From the NCBI GenBank assembly GCA_963696825.1, contig CAVOLN010000003.1:45130-109129 (forward strand): a stretch of 64,000 nucleotides of DNA, given 5' to 3'. The position numbers were made by a program, and so were the translations under genes. Of this stretch, positions 1 through 9,307 are shown one piece after another. This stretch comes from Terriglobia bacterium (GTDB lineage: Bacteria > Acidobacteriota > Terriglobia > Terriglobales > Acidobacteriaceae). The stretch's first letter is position 1. Every line of letters begins with the position of its first letter. The notes beneath the pieces are model-generated. The model had not been told where the DNA came from, ran no database searches, and saw only the letters and a program-made list of their open reading frames with translations.

Positions 1-483
1 GGACTACTACGCGCGACGGACAACGCGTTTCGAAGCTGGCCTCCTACACCGGCCGCGGTTCGCTGGAAGGCTGGCTGCGGACCGTGATGGCGCAGGAATT
101 TGTGAACCGCTATCGCCGCCAGCGCCGGCTGGTGAGCCTGGAGGAAGAGAGCGAAGACGGCAAGGAGTTTGCCGCGAAGGACCCGGAGCCGGCCATCGCG
201 GTCGATCTCGCGAGTCGAGGCTGCAACCGATGAAGTCTTGTCCGCGCTGCCGGCAGAGGATCGATTCATTCTGGCATCTTATTATCTGGACAATCGCACA
301 CTGGCGGAGATCGCGCGCATGCTCGCGGTGCATGAGTCAACCATCAGCCGCAAGCTCGATAAACTGGTCAAGTCCCTGCGCAAGCAGATTGTGCTGCGGC
401 TGGAACGAAAGGGAATGAGCCGTCGTCAGGCGGAGGAAGCTTTGCAGGTGGATGTACGTGACTTGCGAGTTGAATATCCGTGA
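1..483 (+). CDS. ECF-type sigma-70 factor, 3' portion (5' end outside window); one apparent 1-nt frameshift near 215
   Basis: Frame 3 reads ...GSLEGWLRTVMAQEFVNRYRRQRR and stops at 231. Frame 1 continues LSALPAEDRFILASYYLDNRTLAEIARMLAVHESTISRKL (region 4 HTH) to the stop at 483. Confidence 0.8.
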
Positions 484-660
484 CCGCCTGGCGCAAGAAC
501 CGGTTCCGCCGGCGTTCTCTGATAAGAAGGGAGAAATTCGGGTGCCAGATGTCGGACCCCGGACGTCGGGCCTCGGACCTCCGGGCTGAGGAACGGGGAA
601 GGGCAGGGCTAATCGTGCCGCAAATCCGGCACGGCCGGCAAGAACAAGAACTAAAAGAGA

Positions 661-1986
661 ATGGAGCAACTTCCCAAAATCGTGCAACAGCGACTGCAGG
701 CAACTGCCAAGGCCGGAGTCCATCCCGATCCCGATCTGCTGACGGCCTTTGCCGAGAAGTCGTTGAACCAGCGCGAGCGTGCCCAGGTACTGCAACACCT
801 GGGGCAGTGCGCCGATTGCCGGAATGTCGTATCGCTGTCGATGCCGGAGGCCGACCTGGCGCCCTCCACAATCCCTGGGAGATCCCGGTGGTTGACGTGG
901 CCTGTGTTGCGCTGGGGTGCACTGGCGGCATGCGTCGTGGTGGTCAGCGCGGCGGTAACGCTCCACTATGAGCAACGGCCCGATCTGGCCCCGGCGGTCG
1001 CGGAAAAATCTTCCTCAGCCTCACCCGCACCCGCAGCACCCTCGAACCTCGCGGTAGAAAGCGACGCCTCCAATGCTCCGCGTGAAAAACTGGCGGCAAA
1101 AATCCCGCCGCCGTCGCCATTCCAGCCTGATCGCGACTTTGCCGGCAAGTTGGCCAAGCAACGTGAAGAAACGCCCACAAGGTCCGCCGCCGCCGCGTCT
1201 ACGTTTGACCAGCTGACATCGAACGAACAAGCCATCGGAGGTTTAAAAGCAAATTCGAACATCAACCACCAGGTGGCAAACAATCGGCAGGCAGATGCCA
1301 ACCTGTTCAAGAGCGCAAATAAGCCTTTCCAGGTCACGGGACAACTGGCCGACTCCGCACCCGCAGCTTCTCCAGCCCCAAAGACACCTGAAGCCAGCGT
1401 GCGCAACGACAACAATCTTGCTAACGGCGTTACCGAAACCGTGACCGTTCAGGCCGAGCCTCCGTCAATCGCGGCCCAAAGCGCTGAGCGAAAGGCAAAG
1501 GACGAATCGCCCAGAAACGAAACCAGCGCTGGAACGACGGCGGCAATGTCGTCGGGAGATCGCAAAGCGGACACGGCATCCGCCGAAATTACCGCGGGAG
1601 CATACGGCGGGCGGGTTCGGGCCAATGCGTTGCCGCCTAAAATTCCGGCCACGTCGCGCTGGACTTTGTCTCCCGCGGGCGCTGTGCAGCGCTCTCTGGA
1701 TTCCGGCAAGACCTGGCAGACAATTGCAGTGGCCAGCAACGTCGTCTTCCGCGCAATCGCGGCCAATGATTCTGACGTGTGGGCTGGCGGCTCGGCCGGC
1801 GCTCTCTATCACTCTGCCGACGCGGGCCAACACTGGACTCAGGTCAATGTATCCCTGGACGGCAAGCCCTTGACGGCGGACATCATCAGAGTCGAGTTCA
1901 GCGACTCTCAGCACGGCCGCCTGGTCACCAGCAACGATGAAACCTGGGTCACCAGCGACGGGGGAGCGAGCTGGCATAGCGAATAA
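661..1986 (+). CDS. Anti-sigma factor (zf-HC2) with one TM segment and a C-terminal BNR/Ycf48-like repeat domain
   Basis: Sits directly downstream of the ECF sigma gene. Has the HLGQCADCRN motif, a hydrophobic WPVLRWGALAACVVVVSAAV segment, and Asp-box-like SLDSGKTWQ, SADAGQHWTQ and TSDGGASW near the C-terminus. Confidence 0.7.
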   Translation: MEQLPKIVQQRLQATAKAGVHPDPDLLTAFAEKSLNQRERAQVLQHLGQCADCRNVVSLSMPEADLAPSTIPGRSRWLTWPVLRWGALAACVVVVSAAVTLHYEQRPDLAPAVAEKSSSASPAPAAPSNLAVESDASNAPREKLAAKIPPPSPFQPDRDFAGKLAKQREETPTRSAAAASTFDQLTSNEQAIGGLKANSNINHQVANNRQADANLFKSANKPFQVTGQLADSAPAASPAPKTPEASVRNDNNLANGVTETVTVQAEPPSIAAQSAERKAKDESPRNETSAGTTAAMSSGDRKADTASAEITAGAYGGRVRANALPPKIPATSRWTLSPAGAVQRSLDSGKTWQTIAVASNVVFRAIAANDSDVWAGGSAGALYHSADAGQHWTQVNVSLDGKPLTADIIRVEFSDSQHGRLVTSNDETWVTSDGGASWHSE

Positions 1987-2310
1987 TTGCCAGAACACGA
2001 CCCTGACCCGGGGCCCTTCCCGAAAAAGGACATTCCCGCAACCGAACTTCACCCCTTTCTGCGCGAGCGCCCCGCAGCCAGTGCTGCGTGGGACTATTGT
2101 CAGAAAGGGTTTCCCCATAACTATCAACGCTTTAGTTTGGATGTGAATCGTCAATCATCCAATCGATCACAATTACCTGATAATGACCCACGGCATTATT
2201 CCCATTGTGACCGCCAGAGATTCGTGTGTTACCAAAGTGACGTTTACAGCAGTGTGGGGCGGGCCTAGTATCCATTTCGTGGTTTGGCAGTTCTGGGGGA
2301 GGGCTGCCGG

Positions 2311-2345
2311 GCGTCCTGAGCTGAAAAGTTCAGGACGTTTTTTTT
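2311..2345 (+). terminator. Rho-independent terminator (orphan; no convincing CDS upstream)
   Basis: 10-bp stem cgtcctgagc/gttcaggacg (one G-U pair), 6-nt loop, followed by a run of 8 T (2338-2345). Confidence 0.6.
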
Positions 2346-2529
2346 GTGCTCGCAGGACGGGGACGAAAACTGGAAAGGCCGCAAGTTGCCTCGGAGCCAA
2401 CCCTATAGCTGCCTTTGCGACTTCTCCTGCTACGATGCATCCAATACGGTGTTACGATACAGCAGCCAGATTGGCTGATCGCGCGTCCCGAATCTGCATG
2501 TTCGCAGCGGGCGGCGCACCGGAGGAAAA

Positions 2530-2859
2530 ATGGCAGGTAACGGAATTCTGGAAGTGACCGACGCAAATTTTGACCAGGATGTTCTGAAATCAGATCAGCC
2601 GGTTTTGGTGGACTTCTGGGCATCGTGGTGCGGCCCTTGCCGCGCCCTCGCCCCGATCGTGGACGAACTGGCCAAGGACTATACCGGCAAAATCAAAGTC
2701 GGCAAAATGGATGTGGACAGCAACAGCGCCACGCCCATGCGTTACGGGGTCCGCGGCATCCCCACTCTGCTCGTGTTCAAGGGCGGACAGGTAAAAGAAC
2801 AGATCGTCGGCTACGTTCCCAAAGAGACGATTCAGAAGGCAATCGATAAGCACGTGTAG
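2530..2859 (+). CDS. trxA: Thioredoxin
   Basis: 109 aa with the WCGPC active site and a typical thioredoxin fold sequence (VLVDFWASWCGPCRALAP...GIPTLLVFKGG). Confidence 0.95.
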   Translation: MAGNGILEVTDANFDQDVLKSDQPVLVDFWASWCGPCRALAPIVDELAKDYTGKIKVGKMDVDSNSATPMRYGVRGIPTLLVFKGGQVKEQIVGYVPKETIQKAIDKHV

Positions 2860-2860
2860 G

Positions 2861-2886
2861 TCAGTCGTCGGTCTTCAGTCGTCGGC
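2861..2886. repeat. Heptamer-repeat arm, GTCGTCR dialect (A), single arm
   Basis: tcagtcgtcggtcttcagtcgtcggc lies immediately after the trxA stop. Confidence 0.7.
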
Positions 2887-2896
2887 CAAACTTCAA

Positions 2897-2922
2897 ACGC
2901 CCGGGTTGATTGCCCGGGCGTT
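2897..2922. terminator. GC-rich hairpin between convergent trxA and lexA (possible bidirectional terminator)
   Basis: cgcccggg / cccgggcg 8-bp stem with loop ttgattg. The T-tracts on both sides are weak. Confidence 0.45.
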
Positions 2923-2950
2923 ACTGTCTTTGCGGTAGTTTTGTTTCTGA

Positions 2951-2983
2951 CTGAGGGCTGATAGCCGAAAGCTGACGGCTGTC
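2951..2983. repeat. Heptamer-repeat arm, GCTGARR dialect (B)
   Basis: ctgagggctgatagccgaaagctgacggctgtc abuts the lexA stop (2984). Confidence 0.55.
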
Positions 2984-3604
2984 TCAGTACTTCCGCAACA
3001 CTCCAATCACTTTCCCCTGCACTTCGACCGACGCAGCCGGCACAATGATGGGCTTCATAGTTGCATTGGAAGGCTGCAGGCGAATGTTTTCGCCTTCGCG
3101 GTAGAAGCGCTTGAGCGTGGCGTCGGTGCCTTCAACCAGGGCCACTACGATGTCGCCGTTGTGCGCCGTCCTGCTCTTTTCTACCATCACGTAATCGCCG
3201 TTGAGGATGGCTTCATCCTGCATGGAGTCGCCGCGAACTTCCAGCACGAACACTTCTTTCGAGCGCACAAAATCTGCCAGGGAAATGGTTTCGTTGCTGG
3301 GCACAGCTTCGATGGGCTGGCCGGCGGCAATGCGCCCCATCAGCGGCAGCACCATCGTGGTGTTTACCGACATGGCCTGTTTGAGCCGGCCCTTGGGCGG
3401 CAGCAGGTCGATGGACCGGCTGCGGTTGTAGTCGCGCGTCAGCAGCCCTTTTTTCTCCAGGTTCGAGATGTGCTTATGCACGGTGGCCAGCGAACTGAGT
3501 TCCAGGCCTTCGCCGATCTCCTCGAACGAGGGAGAATAACCGTTCTTCTGCACGAACTCGGAGATGAAGTCGTACACCTGCCGTTGTCGTCGGGTGATTG
3601 CCAT
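2984..3604 (-). CDS. lexA: LexA repressor (S24 peptidase)
   Basis: 206 aa with an N-terminal winged HTH (SPSFEEIGEGLELSSLATVHKHISNLEKKGLL), an AAG cleavage site, a GDSM Ser motif and an LKRF Lys motif. Confidence 0.95.
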   Translation of the reverse strand: MAITRRQRQVYDFISEFVQKNGYSPSFEEIGEGLELSSLATVHKHISNLEKKGLLTRDYNRSRSIDLLPPKGRLKQAMSVNTTMVLPLMGRIAAGQPIEAVPSNETISLADFVRSKEVFVLEVRGDSMQDEAILNGDYVMVEKSRTAHNGDIVVALVEGTDATLKRFYREGENIRLQPSNATMKPIIVPAASVEVQGKVIGVLRKY

Positions 3605-3610
3605 GCGATT

Positions 3611-3638
3611 ATTTTAGGCGAAGATTAGGCGAAGTCAA
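3611..3638 (-). promoter_or_regulatory. Candidate sigma-70 promoter of lexA; geometry implies a leaderless or near-leaderless mRNA
   Basis: On the minus strand: TTGACT (3638-3633), 16-nt spacer, TAAAAT (3616-3611), then only 6 nt (aatcgc) before the ATG. There is no SD. The spacer and -10 carry a direct repeat TTCGCCTAA x2. Confidence 0.35.
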
Positions 3639-3785
3639 GAAGGAAAAGTGTTCTATCCTATCCCGAACGGGTGCGCCAGGATACCGTCTGTAATGGACGG
3701 CATTGCGGATTTGCGAGACCAGCCTCGCAGCAGGTTCCGTGATAAGTCCGAGCGATTGGTGCAAGATGGTGTAATATGAATCATT

Positions 3786-4043
3786 ATGCCGGCGTCGGAA
3801 AAACCCGTTCGCCAGAGCATCTCGATCCCCACCCGGCTTGCCCGTCGAGTCCGGGCTCTCGCCAAGCGTCAACGCACCAGCGCTAATCGCGTCTTGGTGG
3901 AGCTTATCGAGGCTGGACTGGAGTCAAAGGAAGCGGAAAAACAGAGGTTCTTTGAACTTGCTGATCGATTGACGCAATCTGACGATACGGCGGAAAGGCA
4001 TAAGCTCAAACAAGAACTCGCTCGCATGACCTTTGGAGAATAG
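3786..4043 (+). CDS. Ribbon-helix-helix (CopG/Arc-like) DNA-binding protein, antitoxin-like
   Basis: 85 aa. VRQSISIPTRLARRVRALAKRQRTSANRVLVELIEAGLE fits the RHH beta-strand plus two helices pattern. Confidence 0.6.
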   Translation: MPASEKPVRQSISIPTRLARRVRALAKRQRTSANRVLVELIEAGLESKEAEKQRFFELADRLTQSDDTAERHKLKQELARMTFGE

Positions 4044-4291
4044 ATGCCTAGATCCAGTGGAACTCGCTTCCACCGGCCCTTCGCGATCATCTGTTCGACC
4101 GCCTTCGCGAGCGGAAAATCACAATCGACGATCTCTATCAATTAAAGGTATGGCGCGAGTCAAATCCTGAAGCTCCCGACGGTCTTTAGTATAAGGATTT
4201 CGGTTCCTTCAAAATCTGTGGCGAGGGTAAGTATCCTAAGACGTTTCTGCTGCGAGGGCAGTCTGCAAAAGGGATAAAACTTGAGGACTAA
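4044..4291 (+). pseudogene. Degenerate ORF coupled to the RHH gene (TAGATG overlap); frame change plus in-frame TAG
   Basis: One frame reads ...RDHLFDRLREREITIDDLYQLKVWRESNPEAPDGL*YKDFGSFKICGEGKYPKTFLLRGQSAKGIKLED with the TAG at 4187-4189. The ATG at 4044 is in a different frame. I did not recognise a family. Confidence 0.25.
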
Positions 4292-4294
4292 TCA

Positions 4295-4894
4295 TTAACC
4301 CTGAAACTGGCGCCGTCCATACACCTTCCAAAACGCATTCACCACCTCCGTCGCCAGATCCTTCGGAATTGGGCTGAAAGATTTCTTGCCGACGAAGATG
4401 TGCCAGTACAGCATGGGGCCCAGCAATAGCGCCAAACCGGTCTCCAGATTAATTTTGCTCACCAACTGGCGGTGCTCGATACCGTGTTTGATCAGATTCT
4501 TCAGGCGGGCTTGCGGCCGCTCGATCGCCAGCATGCGCCATTGTTCTCCAAAGGTTCGATTGCGGGCGGCGTAAGCCATCACATGGGGCATCATGCGATT
4601 TTTCATCTCCAGGCGGTCCGGCGACGGCTGATAAGTGAGCGCATCGACCAGGTCCTGACGCAGGTTTCCGGAGTCGAACTTGGGAGGTTCTTCGTCCAAA
4701 CCCAGCATCAGTGACAGTGCTTCCAGCGCCAGAGCATCTTTGTCCTTCCAGTGCTTGTAGATGGTGGCTTTGCTGACCCCGGATTTTTCCGCGACTGCAT
4801 CCATGCTGGTGGCCTCGATGCCACGTTTCACGAATAGCGCGAGGGTTGCTTGCAAAACTTTTTCGTGGGCTTGCGGGCTTCTGGTTCTCGCCAT
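4295..4894 (-). CDS. TetR/AcrR family transcriptional regulator
   Basis: N-terminal HTH LFVKRGIEATSMDAVAEKSGVSKATIYKHWKDKDAL; 199 aa. Confidence 0.9.
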   Translation of the reverse strand: MARTRSPQAHEKVLQATLALFVKRGIEATSMDAVAEKSGVSKATIYKHWKDKDALALEALSLMLGLDEEPPKFDSGNLRQDLVDALTYQPSPDRLEMKNRMMPHVMAYAARNRTFGEQWRMLAIERPQARLKNLIKHGIEHRQLVSKINLETGLALLLGPMLYWHIFVGKKSFSPIPKDLATEVVNAFWKVYGRRQFQG

Positions 4895-4906
4895 CGGGTT
4901 TGCGGA

Positions 4907-5655
4907 CTACAACTGAATTCTGGAAAACAAATATCCTCCCAGCGACAGGAAAGCCACGGCGACGCCGCAGAGTAGGGAGACATCCAGAGCAATGCCAAAA
5001 TGCGACCCGTTGATGAGCACGCCGCGCAGCGCGTCTACGCCGTAGGTGAGGGGATCGAGACGGGTGATGATGGCCAGGGGCTTGGGAAGATTGGTCAGCG
5101 GAAACAAAGCTCCCGACAGGAAGAAAATCGGCAGGACCATGAAATTCATGATCAGCTGAAAACCCTGCATGTCCTGAAGGATCGAGCCAAATGCCGTGCC
5201 CAGCGCCGCGAAGACAATGGCGATCAGCGCCATGAAAACAAATGCCAGCGGAAGAAGCGACAGCTGCGCCGGCCGAAAGCCGGCAATCAGGCAGACCACC
5301 AGGATGAGCGTGCCTTGAAGGACGGCGACGGTGGCGCCGCCCGAAAGTTCGGCCAATCATGACTTCGATTCGCGGAACTGGCGCGACCAGTGTTTCCTTC
5401 AAGAAAGCCAAACTGGCGATCAAACAGCATGGCGATGCCGGAAAAAGTCGCGGTAAAAAGAATCGTCATGCTGATCACGCCCGGGGCCACAAATTGCAGA
5501 TAGCTTCCGTTGCCAGCTTTTTGAAAGACTGGCCCCAGCCCGAAGCCGAGCACCAGAAGATAGAGCAAAGGCTGGCCCAGCGAGGCCACAATTTGTGCCC
5601 GCGAGCGCACATATCGCTTTATTTCCCGCAGCCAGAGAATGTAAATAGCGCTCAT
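4907..5655 (-). CDS. ABC-2 type transporter permease; two apparent 1-nt frameshifts (~5400, ~5350)
   Basis: Three consecutive frames give MSAIYILWLREIKRYVRSRAQIV...FDRQFGF / LKETLVAPVPRIEVMIGRT / GGATVAVLQGTLILVV...YLFSRIQL. The start overlaps the ATPase stop (ATGA). Confidence 0.85.
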
Positions 5656-6442
5656 CGGCGTTGGCTCCACATCCTGGCGACTTGCCGCATCTGGTCGGCG
5701 GAGGTCGCGCTCTCGTCGCGAATCGAAGCGCCGGTCAAGGCAAGAAATGCCTGCTCCAGTGATTCGCTATTGGTTTGTTGCTTCAGTTGTTGCGACGTGC
5801 CCTGGGCGACAATGCCGCCGTGATCGATGATGGCGATTCGATGCGTTACACGGTCAGCTTCGTCCATGTAATGGGTGGTTAGGAAGACAGTGGTCTGCTG
5901 GGTTTCGTTTAATTTCTTGACGTGGGTCCAAAGTTGGTTGCGGGTCTGCGGATCAAGGCCGAGCGTGGGCTCGTCGAGAAAAAGGATTTTGGGGGTATGC
6001 AGAAATCCGCGGGCGATTTCCAGGCGGCGCTTCATGCCTCCGGAAAATGTCTTGACGTAGTCGTTTCGCCGTTCCCAGAGTTCGAACAAGGTCAGTAGTT
6101 GCTCGATACGCTCGGCCCGCACCTTGCGCGGAACTTTGTAAAGCACGGCGTGGAGTTCCATATTCTCGTAGGCAGTCTGCTCACTGTCCAGACTGGGATC
6201 CTGGAAGACGATTCCGAATTTTCTCCGGGCTTCATTTTTCTGGACGTAGGATCGAGTCCGTCGAGTTCGATCTTGCCGCTGGTCGGGGTGAGCAGCGTGG
6301 TCAGCATCTTGATGGTGGTGGTTTTGCCAGCGCCATTTGGCCCGAGGAAGGCGAAAATTTCGCCTGCCTCGACGGTAAACGAAATGTCTTTAACCGCGGT
6401 GAAGTCGCCGAATTTCTTGACCAGGTTTTGCGCTTTGATCAT
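5652..6442 (-). CDS. ABC transporter ATP-binding protein; one apparent frameshift (~6248)
   Basis: Walker A GPNGAGKTT, signature SGGMKRRLEIA, Walker B ILFLDEPT. The N-terminal part is in ORF 6092-6442 and the rest in 5652-6161. Confidence 0.9.
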
Positions 6443-6558
6443 GAATCAGCTCGTCGAAGGATTGCAATACTAAACGGTTTAGTTTAGTTATACAAGCCCC
6501 CGGAAAATGGGCAACGGGTTGCGTCATCCTGAGGGGATCCGCCAGTCAGAGCGACTCG

Positions 6559-7976
6559 CTACTGGGAGGTCAGGGCTTTCATGAACTGGTAATAAAAATC
6601 CACCGCGCGATAAAACGAATCTACCGGGATGCGCTCATCTTTGCCGTGGGCGCGGATATCATCGCGATCGATGGCCTCGCCGGAAATACAGTATGTCGGC
6701 AACCCTGCGGCGTTGGTGTAAACGCCGTCGGAGGCGCCGGTCGCCATGTCTGGAATCACCGGCAGCCCCGGCCACACGCTGGCCACGACTTTTTCCAGCG
6801 GCTGAAACACGTCCGGGCGCAGCGGCGGAGGCACAAATGACTTGCGGTTGGTTACGCCGCCAATCCCGCCCACCTCGCGCACCGAAATCTTGGGATCAGC
6901 GAAAACTTTTTCCAGCTCCTGCCTGATTTCCTCCGTCGAATGCCCCGGCACGATGCGGCAGTTCACGTTGGCCTTGCGCAGTTTGCGGAAGCGCATTGTT
7001 GGCGTGGCCGGCATTCAGTCGCGTGGCAACGCAGGTGGTGTGCATGATCGAGTTGTCAATCGAGTCCTGCGACAATCGCGCCACTGCCGCCATATCAGGA
7101 GGATTCTTCAGAATCGCCTGCATGTCGGCGGCGCGCTGTCCGGTCGCGACTTTCGACATGCGCTCGTAATAGGCGCGGGTGATATTGGTCAGCTCAAACT
7201 GAAACTGGTAGCGCTCCAGCCGGGCCAGTCCGTCGGCCAGATGGTAGATCGCGTTGTCCGGCTTGGGCAGCGAACTGTGTCCGCCGGGATTAGTGACCGT
7301 TAGTTCGTAGTCGGAGTAGAGTTTTTCCGATGCGTCCACTGACATGAACTGCGGTTTGCCGTGTTCCGAGAGAATCCCGCCGCCATCGTGGTTAATCACG
7401 AATTCGGCGTCGATAAGTTCGCGGTTGTTTCTCAGACAGCCAGTCCACACCGTTCGACGTGCCGCCTTCCTCGTCCGCGGTGAGCGCCAGAATGATGTCG
7501 CGGTCCGGCACGTAGCCTTCCTTCTTGAACCGGATCAGCGTCGTGACCATGATGGCGTCGCCGTCTTTCATGTCCTGGGTGCCGCGACCGTAGTAGTAGC
7601 CGTCTTTTTCGACGAACTGGAACGGATCGGTGGTCCAGTCTTCGCGCCGCGCTTCGACCACGTCGAGATGTCCGATGAGCAGCACCGGCTTGTGCTTCCC
7701 GCTGCCGTGGAAGCGGACCACGAGATTCTTCTTGCGGTCGTTTGGTCCGAGGATGTGAAGGTCGCTCTCGGAAAATCCGGCATCGCGGAAGCGCTGTGCC
7801 ATAGCCTCGGCGGCGGTGGAGACGTTGCCAACAGAGTCTGTGGTGTTGATTTCGATGAGCTGTTTGAAAATATCGTGCGAAAGCTGGCGGGTGGCATCGT
7901 CAATCTGAGCCTGCGAGTGCGAACAAAAAAGTGCAATAAAAAGGGCGAACGACAAAAACCATGTGCAGGTTCTCAA
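6559..7976 (-). CDS. Secreted M20/M25/M40 family metallopeptidase; two apparent frameshifts (~7435, ~7000)
   Basis: Signal peptide MRTCTWFLSFALFIALFCSHSQAQ. Also LLIGHLDVV, GRGTQDMKDG and LTADEEGG motifs. The gene is split over ORFs 7392-7976, 6896-7450 and 6559-7014. Confidence 0.8.
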
Positions 7977-8046
7977 CCGTGGTCTCCTGGGAAATCAGAC
8001 TGTTCTCGGGCCTCCAAATCTAGCAGCAGGATCCCTCACGTCGCAA

Positions 8047-8093
8047 GCTAGCCGTCAGCTATCGGCCGTCAGCTTTCAGTTATCAGCCGAGAG
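8047..8093. repeat. Heptamer-repeat tract, complement of GCTGARR dialect (B')
   Basis: gctagccgtcagctatcggccgtcagctttcagttatcagccgagag lies in a divergent intergenic region. Confidence 0.6.
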
Positions 8094-8174
8094 TTCAAGG
8101 AAATCGCGAAGCTCAGCAATATGCGCGATCGGGGTGTTGGCTGGCAGGAGGAGGCCTAGCTGTTATTCTGAGTC

Positions 8175-8432
8175 ATGGTCTCTCCTAACGGAACCTCGGA
8201 CATTCCGGCGCAGCCCGGTCTCTGCGGGGACTGCACTCACGCCCGCCGCATGGAGTCGGATCGCGGCTCGGTCTTCTATATGTGTCAGCTGGCTCTGACG
8301 GACAGCCGGTTCAAGAAGTATCCACGGTTGCCGGTGCTTTCGTGTGCCGGATACGAATCCAGTCGTCAGTCATCGGTCGGCAGTCGTCAGGGAAAGACTG
8401 ATGACCCGAAGCGCTTAAGGGCTGACGATTGA
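8175..8432 (+). CDS. Small Cys-rich hypothetical protein; C-terminal tail is encoded by a repeat arm
   Basis: CGDCTHARRMESDRGSVFYMCQLALTDSRFKKYPRLPVLSCAGYE, then SSRQSSVGSRQ read from cagtcgtc repeats. Confidence 0.5.
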   Translation: MVSPNGTSDIPAQPGLCGDCTHARRMESDRGSVFYMCQLALTDSRFKKYPRLPVLSCAGYESSRQSSVGSRQGKTDDPKRLRADD

Positions 8433-8467
8433 AGCGCTAAGGGCTGAGGACTGACGACGGACGACTG
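8359..8467. repeat. Inverted repeat (hairpin), GTCGTCR dialect (A/A')
   Basis: Left arm ccagtcgtcagtcatcggtcggcagtcgtcag; right arm gctgaggactgacgacggacgactg. The loop carries a direct repeat gcgct(t)aagggctga x2. Confidence 0.7.
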
Positions 8468-8505
8468 TCCCTTGAAACTTTTGTCAGTCCCATAACTCTA
8501 TATAA

Positions 8506-9213
8506 GTGGCTAGTGAACCGTCCTGCCCGGGTGCTTCTATGTTCAGATTTGCTGTTCCTATCTTCCTGTTGTTTCTGGCTTTGATTGTGGGCACGGTGGC
8601 ATACACTGCAGGGAACGCGTCCGCAGCCGCGGTTCCTGGCCCGGCAACCGATGCCTCGCTGGCGTCGAAGCCGGGCGAGCAGACTGCCGTGATTGCGGGG
8701 GGATGCTTTTGGGGCATCCAGGCTGTCTTTCAACATGTAAAGGGAGTGATAAGCGCGACCTCCGGGTACTCAGGCGGAGAAGCCAAGACCGCCGAATACG
8801 AGTTGGTCAGCACCGGCGAAACCGGGCATGCGGAATCGGTGAAGATTACCTATGACCCATCGCAGATCACGTATGGTGAACTGCTGCGGGTGTTCTTCTC
8901 AGTAGCCCACGATCCCACGCAGTTGAACCGGCAGGGGCCTGATAGCGGTACTCAGTACCGGTCGGTGATTTTCTACGGCACTGACGAGCAGAAAAAGGTC
9001 GCCGAAGCATATATCGCGCAGCTTGACCAGGCCAAAGTGTTTGCGCGTCCGATTGTGACCCGAGTGGTGCCGCTGAAGGCGTTCTATCCGGCTGAGGCCT
9101 ATCATCAGAACTATGCGACTTTGCATCCGGATCAGCCATACATTGTTTTTAACGATGCCCCGAAGGTGGCGCACCTGCGGCAGGACTTTCCGCAGCTTTA
9201 CACCGGCAAGTAG
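8506..9213 (+). CDS. msrA: Peptide-methionine (S)-S-oxide reductase with N-terminal signal/anchor
   Basis: GGCFWGIQAVFQHVKGVISATSGYSGG motif; hydrophobic N-terminus MFRFAVPIFLLFLALIVG. Confidence 0.9.
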   Translation: MASEPSCPGASMFRFAVPIFLLFLALIVGTVAYTAGNASAAAVPGPATDASLASKPGEQTAVIAGGCFWGIQAVFQHVKGVISATSGYSGGEAKTAEYELVSTGETGHAESVKITYDPSQITYGELLRVFFSVAHDPTQLNRQGPDSGTQYRSVIFYGTDEQKKVAEAYIAQLDQAKVFARPIVTRVVPLKAFYPAEAYHQNYATLHPDQPYIVFNDAPKVAHLRQDFPQLYTGK

Positions 9214-9307
9214 GGGAAAGCAGATTCCTCACCGCTAAAGCGGTTCGGAATGACCACGCTGGGATAGGACACGGTGAAGAGTTGGGAATAAGTAAGAAGG
9301 TATCAAG

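Noticed and set aside
3650-3668. GTTC-N11-GAAC inverted repeat upstream of lexA, considered as an SOS box.
   Set aside because: The spacing and orientation match no LexA-box class I know. It is kept only as a low-priority candidate inside the lexA promoter finding.
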